This document shows, in pieces, positions 48,544 to 58,627 of a stretch of 64,000 bases of DNA. The position numbers were made by a program, and so were the translations under genes. The DNA lies in NCBI GenBank assembly GCA_043743715.1, contig JAYTWK010000013.1:5268-69267 (forward strand). Direction: 5' to 3'. This DNA is from a bacterium (GTDB lineage Bacteria; Patescibacteriota; Minisyncoccia; Phycocordibacterales; UBA6899). The notes under the pieces were generated by a model that was not told the DNA's origin, did not search any database, and saw only the letters and a program-made list of their open reading frames with translations. Numbering within the stretch: position 1 is the first letter of the stretch; each line of letters begins with the position of its first letter.

Positions 48544-48930
48544 GCTACAAATCCCAAATCAGTAAAGGTCTTACGAGAGACACAACAAACGTATATGGCA
48601 ACATCAAATATTTGCATCATCTGTTCAAAAGGAAGCCGCATGGCAGGCGGTTATTCAAACCGTATCCGCGCGACGAAATTCAATCCGTCTGGCGATACAC
48701 GCAAGTATCCCAACCTCCAATGGGTTGCGCTCCCAAAGACTTCGGGTGGCGGTCGCATTAAGATTTGCACCCGCTGCATCAAGGGCAACAAGCATCTCGA
48801 ACTCGCAAAGAAATAGTGTCAAGAAAGGACCGCCGAGGCGGTTTTTTCATTTCGACGAATAAGGAGCGAGATGAGGACGTCCTCGAACTCATCTCATCCA
48901 AGCGACGTCGAAGCAGCAAATTGTGATTGA

Positions 48931-49812
48931 TTATTTCCGAGAAATTGTCTTCCCGTCACTCTCAAAATCAATCGTCCCCTCTTTGAATGTGATGAGATAA
49001 GCGACGCCCAGTTTCTCAAGCAAATTGAGCACTTCTTTGTGCGGATGACCATAACGATTACTCAGTCCGGCAGAAATAACCGCAATGTGAGGGTGGATGG
49101 CGCGTAGCCACATCTCGCCCGAAGAAGTACGTGACCCATGATGTCCGAGCTTGAGCACCTGTGAGTGAAGATTGTTTCCATCGAGTGAGACAACATACTC
49201 TTCTTGTCGCTCTGGAAGGTCTCCTGAAAGGAGGAATGCCGTGTCGCCGTAATGAATACGCATGACAATTGATGCACTGTTCGTGTCCGGCCAGTTCTCG
49301 TCTCTATCGGGATACAGAATATCTGCGACTACACCGTCACCGAAGTCTATCGACATGCCGCGCCGTGCGACAATGCGTTTGATTCCGTGCGCCGCAATTC
49401 CACTCTCGATGTCATCGTATACCCCGTTCGTCGAACTCGCTCCCGGCTCCATCACCACATCGACCTTGTAATGATCAAACACATCCTTGAATCCGCCGAT
49501 ATGATCCATATCAGGATGAGAAAAGATTGCTACATCGATAGTGCGGTCAAAAAATGGCATCTCACTCGAGAGTGCGCGCAGCACTGCGCCCGTTGGCGGC
49601 CCGGCGTCGTAGAGCATCTGGGTCCCGTTCGGTGCCTCAATGAACACCGCATCGCCCTGCCCAACATCGAGGAATGAGACGCGCAGATTATGATGCTGAT
49701 GACGTGCATAAATAGAAAGGAGCAGCAAATCAAAAAGTGCCAGGAGTATGATAATCACCGTACGCGGTCGAGACTTTATCTCATGAATCCATGTATGTTC
49801 CTTCATGGGCAA
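48931..49812 (-). CDS. ComEC C-terminal metallo-beta-lactamase domain protein (separate ORF)
   Basis: LDVGQGDAV, HPDMDHIGG, LGHHGSRTSS and NRYGHPH MBL motifs. Confidence 0.7.
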   Translation of the reverse strand: MPMKEHTWIHEIKSRPRTVIIILLALFDLLLLSIYARHQHHNLRVSFLDVGQGDAVFIEAPNGTQMLYDAGPPTGAVLRALSSEMPFFDRTIDVAIFSHPDMDHIGGFKDVFDHYKVDVVMEPGASSTNGVYDDIESGIAAHGIKRIVARRGMSIDFGDGVVADILYPDRDENWPDTNSASIVMRIHYGDTAFLLSGDLPERQEEYVVSLDGNNLHSQVLKLGHHGSRTSSGEMWLRAIHPHIAVISAGLSNRYGHPHKEVLNLLEKLGVAYLITFKEGTIDFESDGKTISRK

Positions 49813-49881
49813 AGGCTAATCGAGGTTCGCCGAGTTTGCAACTGGCAAAGAAAACGAGACGCCGAAGCGCCTCGCATGTCG

Positions 49882-51072
49882 TCATTCTCGACCCTTTAGA
49901 GCATTACTCAAAACATCGTCGGCGAATGAGCAGCCCGGGATGTCAAACTTCGCCTGTGGCGCTTGATCGGAGCGCTCGCTGCGAATTTTTTTGAGATTGT
50001 CTTTCCATCCCTCGACTAATGAAAGTTTTTCATCATACTTCATGAATGCCACACTTTCGTATCCGGACTCCTTCGCCTTTGCAAGGTCGTCTGCAACGTG
50101 TCTCAGAAATTCTCGGAAGGTCATGACGTGATCGACGAGACCATTTTCTTTGGCGTCAACGGCTGCGAACCATGCACCACTTGTGACCCCCTTCGGCTTC
50201 TTCGATTCGGCACGCAGGTCTGCGAGCGAATACAGCGAATACCTTGGACGGCCATTTTTTACCGCCAGCAGAAATTCCTCGAATATAAGGTTGACCGCAC
50301 GCACGTCGATTGCGTTGTCGGCGGCATTTGATTTTTTCCACTGTCCGCCTGCATCCTTACGTGGACCAGTGGCAATCACCCGCTCAGTGATACCGAGACG
50401 TCGCCCGAAGTCATGGGTGTTCATCCTTCGCACAATGACGCCGATGTTTCCTACCTCGCCGACAGGGTCGGCGATGATCTCGCCGGCAGCCAGTGCGATG
50501 AAGTAAGCGCCGGAAAATGCTTTCCGAGGGACATAGGCGTAGACGCGGACTTTATTTTCTTCCGAGAATTGCCGAATGATGCGGTAGCTTTCGGCGCTTG
50601 AAAACATGTCGCCACCATAGCTGTCGATGTAGACGACGACCGCGGCAAGATTATGATCTTTCTTCGCAAGCTCAAGGGCGTCGTACAGATAGCGCGGAGT
50701 GTTCGATACCTCCTCGGGACCGACCGGGTCGCCTTCGATCACCCCTCTGACGGGAATGATGGCGACGTGTGCTTCTCCCCACCCATCGGCACTGACGGGA
50801 AGGGTGCGGAAGATGTTCTGCTCTAGGCGAAGGCGTCGCTCAGAGAACTGCGAATACTGTAACCATGCTGCACCAATGATGCAGAGGACAAGCAGTAAAG
50901 TGATGAAGCGCCAGCGTCTCCGAGAAGACTGGATGCGGTCTACCGCACCAGAGAGCACCATGAACACTGCCCGACCTTCGGGGTGATTCAATTCGGTTTC
51001 GAATATCTCGAGAGATCCAATGAGCCTACCGAGACGCGAGAAATGCCACCACGGGCGAGTTGAGTCTTTCAT
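49882..51072 (-). CDS. sppA: Signal peptide peptidase SppA (S49 family)
   Basis: VVYIDSYGGDMFSSAESYRII and SGAYFIALAAGEIIADP S49 motifs. Confidence 0.8.
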   Translation of the reverse strand: MKDSTRPWWHFSRLGRLIGSLEIFETELNHPEGRAVFMVLSGAVDRIQSSRRRWRFITLLLVLCIIGAAWLQYSQFSERRLRLEQNIFRTLPVSADGWGEAHVAIIPVRGVIEGDPVGPEEVSNTPRYLYDALELAKKDHNLAAVVVYIDSYGGDMFSSAESYRIIRQFSEENKVRVYAYVPRKAFSGAYFIALAAGEIIADPVGEVGNIGVIVRRMNTHDFGRRLGITERVIATGPRKDAGGQWKKSNAADNAIDVRAVNLIFEEFLLAVKNGRPRYSLYSLADLRAESKKPKGVTSGAWFAAVDAKENGLVDHVMTFREFLRHVADDLAKAKESGYESVAFMKYDEKLSLVEGWKDNLKKIRSERSDQAPQAKFDIPGCSFADDVLSNALKGRE

Positions 51073-51334
51073 TTCTATTTCCTTTCAAGACATGTGAATG
51101 AACACGAACGGATCGAGTCCATGGGGAGGATACGACTTCTTTTTTTATCATAGACGAATGTCCGGATTGTGCAACTACATGCGTCCCCTAAAAAATACGG
51201 TATACTATGAGCCATGGATCCCGTGAGAAGTCGCGGACACGAAAGGAGGTAAAAACACATGGACCGCAGAACTATTACAAAAACTAGCCGAGTAATCACG
51301 CGAATATACTTGTTCGCGTCCTACTTCTAACGGG

Positions 51335-51949
51335 ATGGATATTGAATCAGTCATCGTTGCAAGCAGCTATCTCGGGATATTTCTCTTGATGATTGCAAAT
51401 GGCGCGGTCTCATTCCCTTCAAGCCAGATTCTCTATATTATCGTCGGATATTTCATCTCCGTTGGCACGCTTTCACTCTTCCCTGCATCGCTCGCGGGTG
51501 CGCTCGGCAACGCCATCGGCAACATCATCCTCTATGAAATCGTTAGGCGACGTGGGATACGCTACCTGAAAAAATTTCAGGTGTTTCGCGAACAAGACAT
51601 CAAGAAGGTCGAGATAGTGTTTCGGAAACGCGGACTCTGGTTCTTGTTCGTTGGGAAACTGCTGCCGGCTATCAAAGTATTCGTGCCCATCCCTGCAGCG
51701 ATGGGCAAGACGCATCGCGGAGTATTCGCCGCAATCATGTTCGTCGCATCATGGCTCTGGTCGCTCATCTTCATTGCAATAGGTTACACATTTGGAAAAA
51801 GTACTGAGGTGTGGAGATCCTACGGGGTAATACTGTTTCTCATCGCCGCTATCATCATCTTTGTGTTTTATCGCATGCTTAATTCGAAAGAGGTGCTCCG
51901 GGAGATCGAGCTTGTCTCACCCGAGCACGATGCTGGTCAAACCAAATAA
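51335..51949 (+). CDS. DedA/VTT-family membrane protein
   Basis: GIRYLKKF...RKRGLWFLFVGKLLPAIKVFVPIPAAMGK is the DedA core. Confidence 0.8.
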   Translation: MDIESVIVASSYLGIFLLMIANGAVSFPSSQILYIIVGYFISVGTLSLFPASLAGALGNAIGNIILYEIVRRRGIRYLKKFQVFREQDIKKVEIVFRKRGLWFLFVGKLLPAIKVFVPIPAAMGKTHRGVFAAIMFVASWLWSLIFIAIGYTFGKSTEVWRSYGVILFLIAAIIIFVFYRMLNSKEVLREIELVSPEHDAGQTK

Positions 51950-53414
51950 GCAAGGCCAGGAACACATAGAGGAAGAATGTTACCGTGGGCGTCACTATGG
52001 TGATTGCAACTGCCGCAAAAGGAATGCGCGACGCATAATCAGCGACATTCAAAATCCACGAAAGTAGTGCGTACGCTGGGTATGATGCAAGTGCACCAAG
52101 GTAAGGAATGATCAGCGTCACCACAGCAGATGTGAAGCCAAGCAGCATGGTGAGCGGGATAGCTGGCAGTACAATCAGATTCACCGGCAGTGCAACCAGT
52201 GAGAGAATTCCAGTCTGAGAAAGGAGAAGCGGGAGCACCATCACTTGCGTCGCGAGAGTCGAGACGAACACCTCCCTCCACATCGGAAATTTTTTAAATA
52301 ATGTCGTGCGCTTTTCTACTAGTGGTGAAACAAAAATCAGCCCAAGCGAGGCCAAAAATGAAAGCTGAAATGACGGATCAAAAAGTAAAATACTAGGATT
52401 CTGCAGCACCATAAGAGCGCCCGCGAACAAGAGCGCTCTTCCCATATCATAATTTCGCCCGGTGGCTTTCGAAAGAAGCACGAGCACTGCCATAATAGCA
52501 GCACGCATCACCGTTGCTCCGCCGCCAGTCATGATGGCGAACAATATAATACCAATACTCCCTACACTGAGGCTTCCGTAGAATCCCAAACGCCTGAATG
52601 CGACAACCAACCACTCCGAGACCAGCGTCATGTTATATCCCGAGAGCACAATGATGTGAATGATGCCTGCGGTTCTAAATTTATCGAGCCATGCCTGACC
52701 GAGCGATTGCTTGCCACCCAAGAGGAGCCCGGAGAGGAGTGCACTATGCGGCGCCGGGAGTGCATAGTCTATCGCACCGACGAATTTTGTCTTGATCCAA
52801 AATAATCCTCCTGTGATATTGTTTGCCTTGCCGCCACCCTGCTTATGCATCTTCGGAAATAGCATTTGATAGCGAATACCTTTTGATCTTAAGTAGGTAG
52901 GATAGTCAAACACTCTTCCGTCTTTTTCTACAAACTTCTCGGGGTGCTTCATCACTCCGCTAAAAAGAATTTCATCGCCGTAGGTAAAAACCGGGAAGCG
53001 CGGGACGATAACGAGCGCAGTGCCCATTACCTCCTTCGTTAAGCTTCCTTCTTGTATACCAAAGAGCATGACCGTGAGGTGCACATTTCCTTCACGTACA
53101 TCTGGTTCGTCTGAGACCACACCTTTGTACTCATGCACAAAAGAGAGACTCGCTTCAAGTGTACTGTCGATAGGCGCAGTATCCCAAAGCATGAATCGAT
53201 ACATGCCACCACTTACTCCGATGCATACAATCGCAATGAGAAGCATGCGCACCGAGCGCGACCTCCAGGCAGAGAACGCAGCAGAAGTCCCGATAAGAAA
53301 AATACCGCCGATGAGTACCGAACGAAGCTGAAATATGCTGGCAAGAAAAACACCTCCCAGGAATGCAATAAGAAATAGTGGCGCGAGTTGCGAGAAGCGA
53401 GCAAAGCGGCTCAT
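51879..53414 (-). CDS. comEC: ComEC/Rec2 membrane (competence channel) domain protein
   Basis: DUF4131 plus competence-domain architecture. AGIIHIIVLSGYNMT corresponds to ComEC GLAHLLAISGLH. Confidence 0.75.
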   Translation of the reverse strand: MSRFARFSQLAPLFLIAFLGGVFLASIFQLRSVLIGGIFLIGTSAAFSAWRSRSVRMLLIAIVCIGVSGGMYRFMLWDTAPIDSTLEASLSFVHEYKGVVSDEPDVREGNVHLTVMLFGIQEGSLTKEVMGTALVIVPRFPVFTYGDEILFSGVMKHPEKFVEKDGRVFDYPTYLRSKGIRYQMLFPKMHKQGGGKANNITGGLFWIKTKFVGAIDYALPAPHSALLSGLLLGGKQSLGQAWLDKFRTAGIIHIIVLSGYNMTLVSEWLVVAFRRLGFYGSLSVGSIGIILFAIMTGGGATVMRAAIMAVLVLLSKATGRNYDMGRALLFAGALMVLQNPSILLFDPSFQLSFLASLGLIFVSPLVEKRTTLFKKFPMWREVFVSTLATQVMVLPLLLSQTGILSLVALPVNLIVLPAIPLTMLLGFTSAVVTLIIPYLGALASYPAYALLSWILNVADYASRIPFAAVAITIVTPTVTFFLYVFLALLIWFDQHRARVRQARSPGAPLSN

Positions 53415-53535
53415 GCGCGCAATCCTATAGATTTACCTTCCGTTTGACAACCCATACTGTCATTCGGAAGCATGATCACAGGTGTCGTATAGTCAATGAA
53501 ACTCCCCGCGACAGAGCTGGCGGGGCATCTGTTAC

Positions 53536-53583
53536 GCTAATTATGCTAATTGTAACGGCCGTTACAATTAGCATAATTAGCAT
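53536..53583. repeat. 48-bp perfect palindrome (24-bp arms)
   Basis: gctaattatgctaattgtaacggc|gccgttacaattagcataattagc, in the divergent region between comEC and the 649-aa gene. Confidence 0.65.
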
Positions 53584-53711
53584 TTAGCGCTCTGTGTCTT
53601 TTATACCCGCCATCTCCCAGAGCATCATGAAATACAAGTTGGTAATGCAGGGGTGTACGGGCTATCCAAATAGAGTATACTATTATCAATATATCCTTAA
53701 GCACATACACT

Positions 53712-55661
53712 ATGGATCCACACGAGACGCCTCCGGCAAATTACGGAACAGATGCACTGCGAGACGGTTACAACCCTGACCGAGTGAAGATTGAAGAAAC
53801 AGTGCGGACAGAGGAAGTTGCGTTGCATCACCCCTCAACATTTGAAGGATATAGTTATCACCTGGCAGGTCCGCTGCGTTTTCATCCAGGACTAGAAAAT
53901 GTTCGACCTATCGCCGCTTCAGCGAGTGTGCTCACATTAATTGGAGCAGGCATCCTCAGTGTTGCCACAAACGTCGGAGTAGAGACTCAAGCGGGTGGAT
54001 CGAACGAACAGCTGACCGACGCGAAGCAAGTAGAGAAAGGACTCGCGGCACAATCTGTGGAAACATTTGCACGAAACGTCCAGCAAGAGGTCTGCAAATA
54101 TATTGACGGCGATTTCATGCACCGATTCACCACTAAAAACCCCTCGGGGAAGGAAGAATTCAATCCTGGGGCTTTCATTGTTCCGTTTGCGGTTTCGCTC
54201 ACCGAAGACTGCAGAGCCCAGGTTGAAGTTGAGATCCATATCCCCTACGATTTTGCCAGAACATTTCGCGAAGCGATTGCAAAGAATCCCGCAGGGCGAG
54301 ACAAACTCGTGTCGCAACTCACAGATTTTATCCACAAAGAAGCAGAGAACCAAGTCGTGATTCGTGGTGTCGCAGGAGTTACCCACACCGCGATGGTGTG
54401 GAATAAACAGACGAATTCATTGCTTATGAGCGGGAAGCCAAGTATCGACTTTGGAACGTTCGACATCCCCAAAGACCTCACCCTTGAAGGATCCGCATCT
54501 GCGGAAGCTGAGAGGAGTGTCGGGACGAAGGACGCTGAGAGCCTCCAAGGGTTCAACCGGGAAAATATTCATCTCGCCGAAAAACGCCTGAACGAATTCT
54601 CTCCGATGCTGAGGGACGCGCTGAATAAACTTGGCATCGATTCGCAGGTACTCGCACAGGCGAAAACCTTTAGCTATGAACACAACATGGTCGACTCCGA
54701 AATACACGACCTCGCAGAGGTGAGCCGTCAGGTGTTCGGGAGTATCATCCAGGGCTCGGACTCAACCTTGGCATTCATGCTGGTCAAAGAATACAACGCA
54801 AAAAATCCGCTTGCACTGAAGGCGATTGCAGATGTCCCCGGAGGAGCGGAGCGGCTCAAGTCCCTCCTTGATGACCAACGAGGAGTCACCGTACGTTTCA
54901 CCGCGGAGACTGAATTTACCAAAGAGAATGTCTACAACATCGCTCTTCCATTTCCTCTCTTTCTGCTCCTCCTGGGATCATTACGGCTTGGAGCATCCCG
55001 CGGGCTGGGGTACATGATTGAAGGAGTGATGGAAGTTTCCGTACCTGACTCGATCATTGAACAAGATGTGCATATGTTCGAGCCGATATCGCGCAGACTG
55101 TTTTCCGAGACGACCCCGGGAACACTCGAGAAGCCGAGGGACTTCAATGAAATCTACGATGAACTTGATACTACCTCACGACCGGAGGATTCACACAATC
55201 TCCTCGTGCACATGCTAATCGAGGAGGTCATGCCGAATATGTACCCCGACTCTAAGGAACCTATGACCGACTATGAATCCCTCATCAACACCCATCGCGA
55301 CCAACTGCACTCAAACACACGTAAAGAAGGTGTGACAAAAGGTTCATACGACACAAGCGAGGAAGCACAAAGGGGGCTGACTGAGGCACTCGTCGAGATG
55401 TGGGAGCGACACGATGCGGAAACCTACCCTATGAAAGGGATCGACACGCGTGAGGTGCTCAACTATCGCCACAGTGAACACGTGGTGTATTGGGCAAAGG
55501 TTCTCGCAGAGTGCCTGATTCCGATTATGCAACAATCTTTGACCACCGAAGAAGCCCACGGTCTTCTTGAAGAAACGATCCTATCCGCAATCAACGCACG
55601 CGAAGCGCAAGGCAGAACACACAATAATAAGCTCGTTACCTCACAATTACCGCTCCACTAA
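53712..55661 (+). CDS. Large hypothetical membrane protein (649 aa)
   Basis: Two hydrophobic segments (about aa 60-85 and about 400-420). No recognisable motif. Confidence 0.5.
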   Translation: MDPHETPPANYGTDALRDGYNPDRVKIEETVRTEEVALHHPSTFEGYSYHLAGPLRFHPGLENVRPIAASASVLTLIGAGILSVATNVGVETQAGGSNEQLTDAKQVEKGLAAQSVETFARNVQQEVCKYIDGDFMHRFTTKNPSGKEEFNPGAFIVPFAVSLTEDCRAQVEVEIHIPYDFARTFREAIAKNPAGRDKLVSQLTDFIHKEAENQVVIRGVAGVTHTAMVWNKQTNSLLMSGKPSIDFGTFDIPKDLTLEGSASAEAERSVGTKDAESLQGFNRENIHLAEKRLNEFSPMLRDALNKLGIDSQVLAQAKTFSYEHNMVDSEIHDLAEVSRQVFGSIIQGSDSTLAFMLVKEYNAKNPLALKAIADVPGGAERLKSLLDDQRGVTVRFTAETEFTKENVYNIALPFPLFLLLLGSLRLGASRGLGYMIEGVMEVSVPDSIIEQDVHMFEPISRRLFSETTPGTLEKPRDFNEIYDELDTTSRPEDSHNLLVHMLIEEVMPNMYPDSKEPMTDYESLINTHRDQLHSNTRKEGVTKGSYDTSEEAQRGLTEALVEMWERHDAETYPMKGIDTREVLNYRHSEHVVYWAKVLAECLIPIMQQSLTTEEAHGLLEETILSAINAREAQGRTHNNKLVTSQLPLH

Positions 55662-55791
55662 ATTGTTGAGGGCACGGTCTACGGTCAAAGGTGAGATGGT
55701 TTTTTCACGTCGCGTTTTTCTTTTTCATACTTTATACTACTGCTCTATACTGTTATACCCTCCCCAATTAACTCTTTCTGAATAACCCCCA

Positions 55792-56313
55792 ATGAGGTAT
55801 ACTATGGAGATGAAACTCCATAGTACTTTGTGCGCCCATGATTCAATTACCCATCTTGAAATAGCGGCAAAGAATGCCCGAGACCCTGCTCTTCGAGTAC
55901 GCATCAAAGCGATCATTCTCTGCAAGCGAGGAAAAACACCGCAAGAAATAGCGGAAAACCTTGTCGTCACCGATCGCTCCGTGACTGGATGGATTAATAA
56001 ATATAACAAGGGTGGGCTCGCTCTTCTTGCCACGAAACCGGGAGGGAGATCGGAAGGTAACCCCAAGTGGGGCCCCGCACTATTTAACGATCTCGCTAAA
56101 GTTATTGATAAAGGTGGTTACTGGTCTATTCCCCACATGCAGGAATGGCTGAAAACTCATAAAGGTGCTGATATCCCTGAACAAACCGTGTGGTATCGCA
56201 TGCATCAACTCAAGTATTCATATAAAGGCGCACGACCGCACCCTGCTCAAGGAAACAAGGAGAAACAGGACAACTTTAAAAAAACGGTCTCGCACCGTTC
56301 ATGGAGCCGCTAA
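55792..56313 (+). CDS. IS630 transposase OrfA (HTH domain)
   Basis: Paired winged-helix region (KRGKTPQEIAENLVVTDRSVTGWINKY). Confidence 0.75.
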   Translation: MRYTMEMKLHSTLCAHDSITHLEIAAKNARDPALRVRIKAIILCKRGKTPQEIAENLVVTDRSVTGWINKYNKGGLALLATKPGGRSEGNPKWGPALFNDLAKVIDKGGYWSIPHMQEWLKTHKGADIPEQTVWYRMHQLKYSYKGARPHPAQGNKEKQDNFKKTVSHRSWSR

Positions 56314-56852
56314 ACAATACACCCTTCGAGCTTTTCTTCGGAGATGAAATGCGCTATGGACTCATCTCGAACTTCCGCAGGAGTTGGTCGAAGGTAGGTG
56401 TACGCACGGTCATCGATAGCCAACAATCGTTTGATAATCGGTATCTTTTCTCCGCTGTTGCCCCACTCTCGGGAAAGAGTTTTCATATCTCATCAATAGA
56501 CGGCTTTGATAGTGCCGCGGCACATACGTTTCTCCTTGAGCTCAAAAAAGAGTATTGCGATACCATGGTGATCCTTGTGTGGGACAATGCACCATGTCAT
56601 CGTCCAAAGATCCATCGGGAGATACCCGGACTTATTGTACTGTTCCTACCGCCCTACTCACCAGAATTAAATCCCGCAGAGCGATTCTTCGGCGAACTGC
56701 GCAAAGCCACGGCAAATCAGATCTTTAAAAGTATTGCAGAGCAAGAAACGGCGATCGAAGCGAGGCTTAATCTTCTTGCGGATGATGTTCTGGGTATGAA
56801 ACGATTACTGGGGTATGAGTGGATCATCAAACAATCGGAAAGGGTTAATTAG
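56301..56852 (+). CDS. IS630 transposase OrfB (DDE_3 catalytic domain), joined to orfA by a frameshift
   Basis: DDE triad in FFGDE, VWDNAPCH and SPELNPAE. 13-nt overlap with orfA in another frame. Confidence 0.75.
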   Translation: MEPLNNTPFELFFGDEMRYGLISNFRRSWSKVGVRTVIDSQQSFDNRYLFSAVAPLSGKSFHISSIDGFDSAAAHTFLLELKKEYCDTMVILVWDNAPCHRPKIHREIPGLIVLFLPPYSPELNPAERFFGELRKATANQIFKSIAEQETAIEARLNLLADDVLGMKRLLGYEWIIKQSERVN

Positions 56853-56948
56853 GGATGGTATTACTCATTTCGCTATCTCCCTCAGCATCATAAAGAGGCT
56901 TCGTATACACTAATTGACCTTCTTTACTGGTCACATAAAAATAGGACT

Positions 56949-57302
56949 TTATCCTTGCGTATCACCATGTGTGTCGCACCCTGCGGGGGGCTTATCAAGA
57001 AATCGTATACCGGAATCCGTCCATTCAGAAATATGTTTTACATACAAGTCCTTCTCCTTTGTGCTGCCAATATAGTATGTGGTGATGTATTTTCGAGTTT
57101 CATTCACGAAATACTCATTGAGCGTTTCCCCCATCATATCTGCAAAGCCCTGTGTATTTCCTCTGATAATGTATTGCGATTCCTTTTCTCTAACCGAGTG
57201 CACCCAGTCATATTCATAGCGCTGTATCGCGGCACTACCAACGTACATCTCAAAATCCTGTTCGTTGCCAACATTACTTATACTGCTCAAATCGTGCGCC
57301 AA
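56949..57302 (-). CDS. Hypothetical protein (117 aa)
   Basis: ORF only; no recognisable motif. Confidence 0.35.
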   Translation of the reverse strand: MAHDLSSISNVGNEQDFEMYVGSAAIQRYEYDWVHSVREKESQYIIRGNTQGFADMMGETLNEYFVNETRKYITTYYIGSTKEKDLYVKHISEWTDSGIRFLDKPPAGCDTHGDTQG

Positions 57303-57520
57303 ATCACTTTCTTCAATTGCGCGCTTGCGTCCGAGTTTATCGATCTCACTGCTTGGGCGAGCTGTCGTTTCGAAAGCTGCTGTGCGATAAGCTCTGCGAC
57401 AGCACCGTCAGTGAGATCGTCTCACTTTCACGGGAAGAGACCACAATCGCCGGCTACTGGATGCGCTACTACCGGTTGCGGTTCGTCCCTGTGGCTGGAC
57501 ATTGGCTCATGTATTGATCG

Positions 57521-57551
57521 GGGGTGCCGAATTGGCACCCCAGACTTTTTT
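57521..57551 (+). terminator. Hairpin plus T-tract (ggggtgcc-gaatt-ggcacccc agactttttt)
   Basis: Classical intrinsic-terminator shape on the plus strand. Lies just past the stop of the minus-strand 87-aa gene, so its functional strand is ambiguous. Confidence 0.4.
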
Positions 57552-57552
57552 A

Positions 57553-57816
57553 TTATTTACCAATCAACTTTATTAAAGATGCTAACTCGCTTTCCAGTTC
57601 TGCAATCCTGCTTCGTAATTTCTCCAGTCGGTCGCGCTCTTCCTCTGATAATTCGTTGTTTAATTCCCGCTCCTTAAGCGGGGTATGTTCACTACGTAAC
57701 CGCTCCAGTTCGGAGCGCAACTTCTCTTCACGTCGCTCCTCATTGAATTCTCTGGCTAACTCTTGCGCGTTCTTGAAACTCTGTTCGATACCACCCTCTC
57801 CTTCATGAGTGCCCAT
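57553..57816 (-). CDS. Small charged coiled-coil protein (87 aa)
   Basis: ERREEKLRSELERLRSEHTPLKERELNNELSEEERDRLEKLRSRIAELESELASLIK. Confidence 0.4.
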   Translation of the reverse strand: MGTHEGEGGIEQSFKNAQELAREFNEERREEKLRSELERLRSEHTPLKERELNNELSEEERDRLEKLRSRIAELESELASLIKLIGK

Positions 57817-57874
57817 ATATAAATTTTATTGTGACTAAATGATATTTGGTATTGCAGATGACTCTTATTGCAGC

Positions 57875-58627
57875 TTACTTCCCTCCCCACTTTTTTACCA
57901 ACACAATTTCCTCGGCTTTCGAGGCTACTTTTTGAAATCTGGCCTTCTTTCCTTTTACTCTCGCTTCGCACTCTGCCCACGTCTTGTGCACCGTTACCTT
58001 ACCATCGACGAGACTGACATACGAATACGCCTTAATCTTCGCGCGCTCCTTCCCTGCCTTACGTTTTTCGAGCGCATCCTCATCGATACTGATGTTCAGA
58101 ATGTCGATCGCGTAATCGCCTATCACGCCATCAAAAAGACCCGGCTCGTCTTCCTTGGCATAGCTGGTCGCTATCACATCACAGCGCTCGTTACCCGCAA
58201 TACCCGAGTGCCCCGGAACATGCCTCCATGCGGTGGTTCCAAATTTCTGTCTGTCCTTAAGGAGCGGGAGGAGTATCTCCCATAAATCCCGGTTCTCAAC
58301 ATCTTTCTTTGCCATGGTCTGCCAGTTGCGGCGCTTCCAGCCTTCGGCCCACTGTGTTGAGCCCATGTGTGCATATGTTGAGTCGGTAAATATAGTGAGA
58401 TCTCCGGATTCTTCTTCTAGACGCCTGAGTCCCTCGATAAGTCCGGTGAGTTCCATGCGATTATTGGTCGTGTACTTCTCAAAACCGCCAAGTTCGACGA
58501 CGTGTTTTTTGTTCAGCACAACCACGGTGCCGTAGCCACCTCTGCCCGGATTGCCGAGCGAACTCCCGTCGGCAAAAAGTAAGTGTCCGTCAAAATCTTC
58601 CATGCTATCTTCCATGCTATCTTCCAT
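57875..58627 (-). CDS. rnhA: Ribonuclease HI with a C-terminal hybrid-binding (viroplasmin-like) domain
   Basis: RNase H core DGSSLGNPGRGGYG...NNRMEL...TDSTYAHMG...VPGHSGIAGNERCD. C-terminal KAYSYVSLVDGKVTVHKTWAECEARVKGKKARFQKVASKAEE fits the hybrid-binding-domain consensus. The N-terminal MEDSMEDSMED arises from a 15-bp tandem repeat. Confidence 0.8.
   Translation of the reverse strand: MEDSMEDSMEDFDGHLLFADGSSLGNPGRGGYGTVVVLNKKHVVELGGFEKYTTNNRMELTGLIEGLRRLEEESGDLTIFTDSTYAHMGSTQWAEGWKRRNWQTMAKKDVENRDLWEILLPLLKDRQKFGTTAWRHVPGHSGIAGNERCDVIATSYAKEDEPGLFDGVIGDYAIDILNISIDEDALEKRKAGKERAKIKAYSYVSLVDGKVTVHKTWAECEARVKGKKARFQKVASKAEEIVLVKKWGGK

Larger units (their letters stand above)
55752..56864 (+). 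mobile_element. IS630-family insertion sequence (about 1.1 kb)
   Basis: Terminal inverted repeats gttataccctccccaattaactc (55752-55774) and gggttaattagggatggtattac (56842-56864). Encloses orfA and orfB. Confidence 0.7.

Noticed and set aside
56955-57677. 240-aa plus-strand ORF
   Set aside because: Overlaps the minus-strand 117-aa ORF and the terminator hairpin. Low-complexity Cys/Ser-rich translation.
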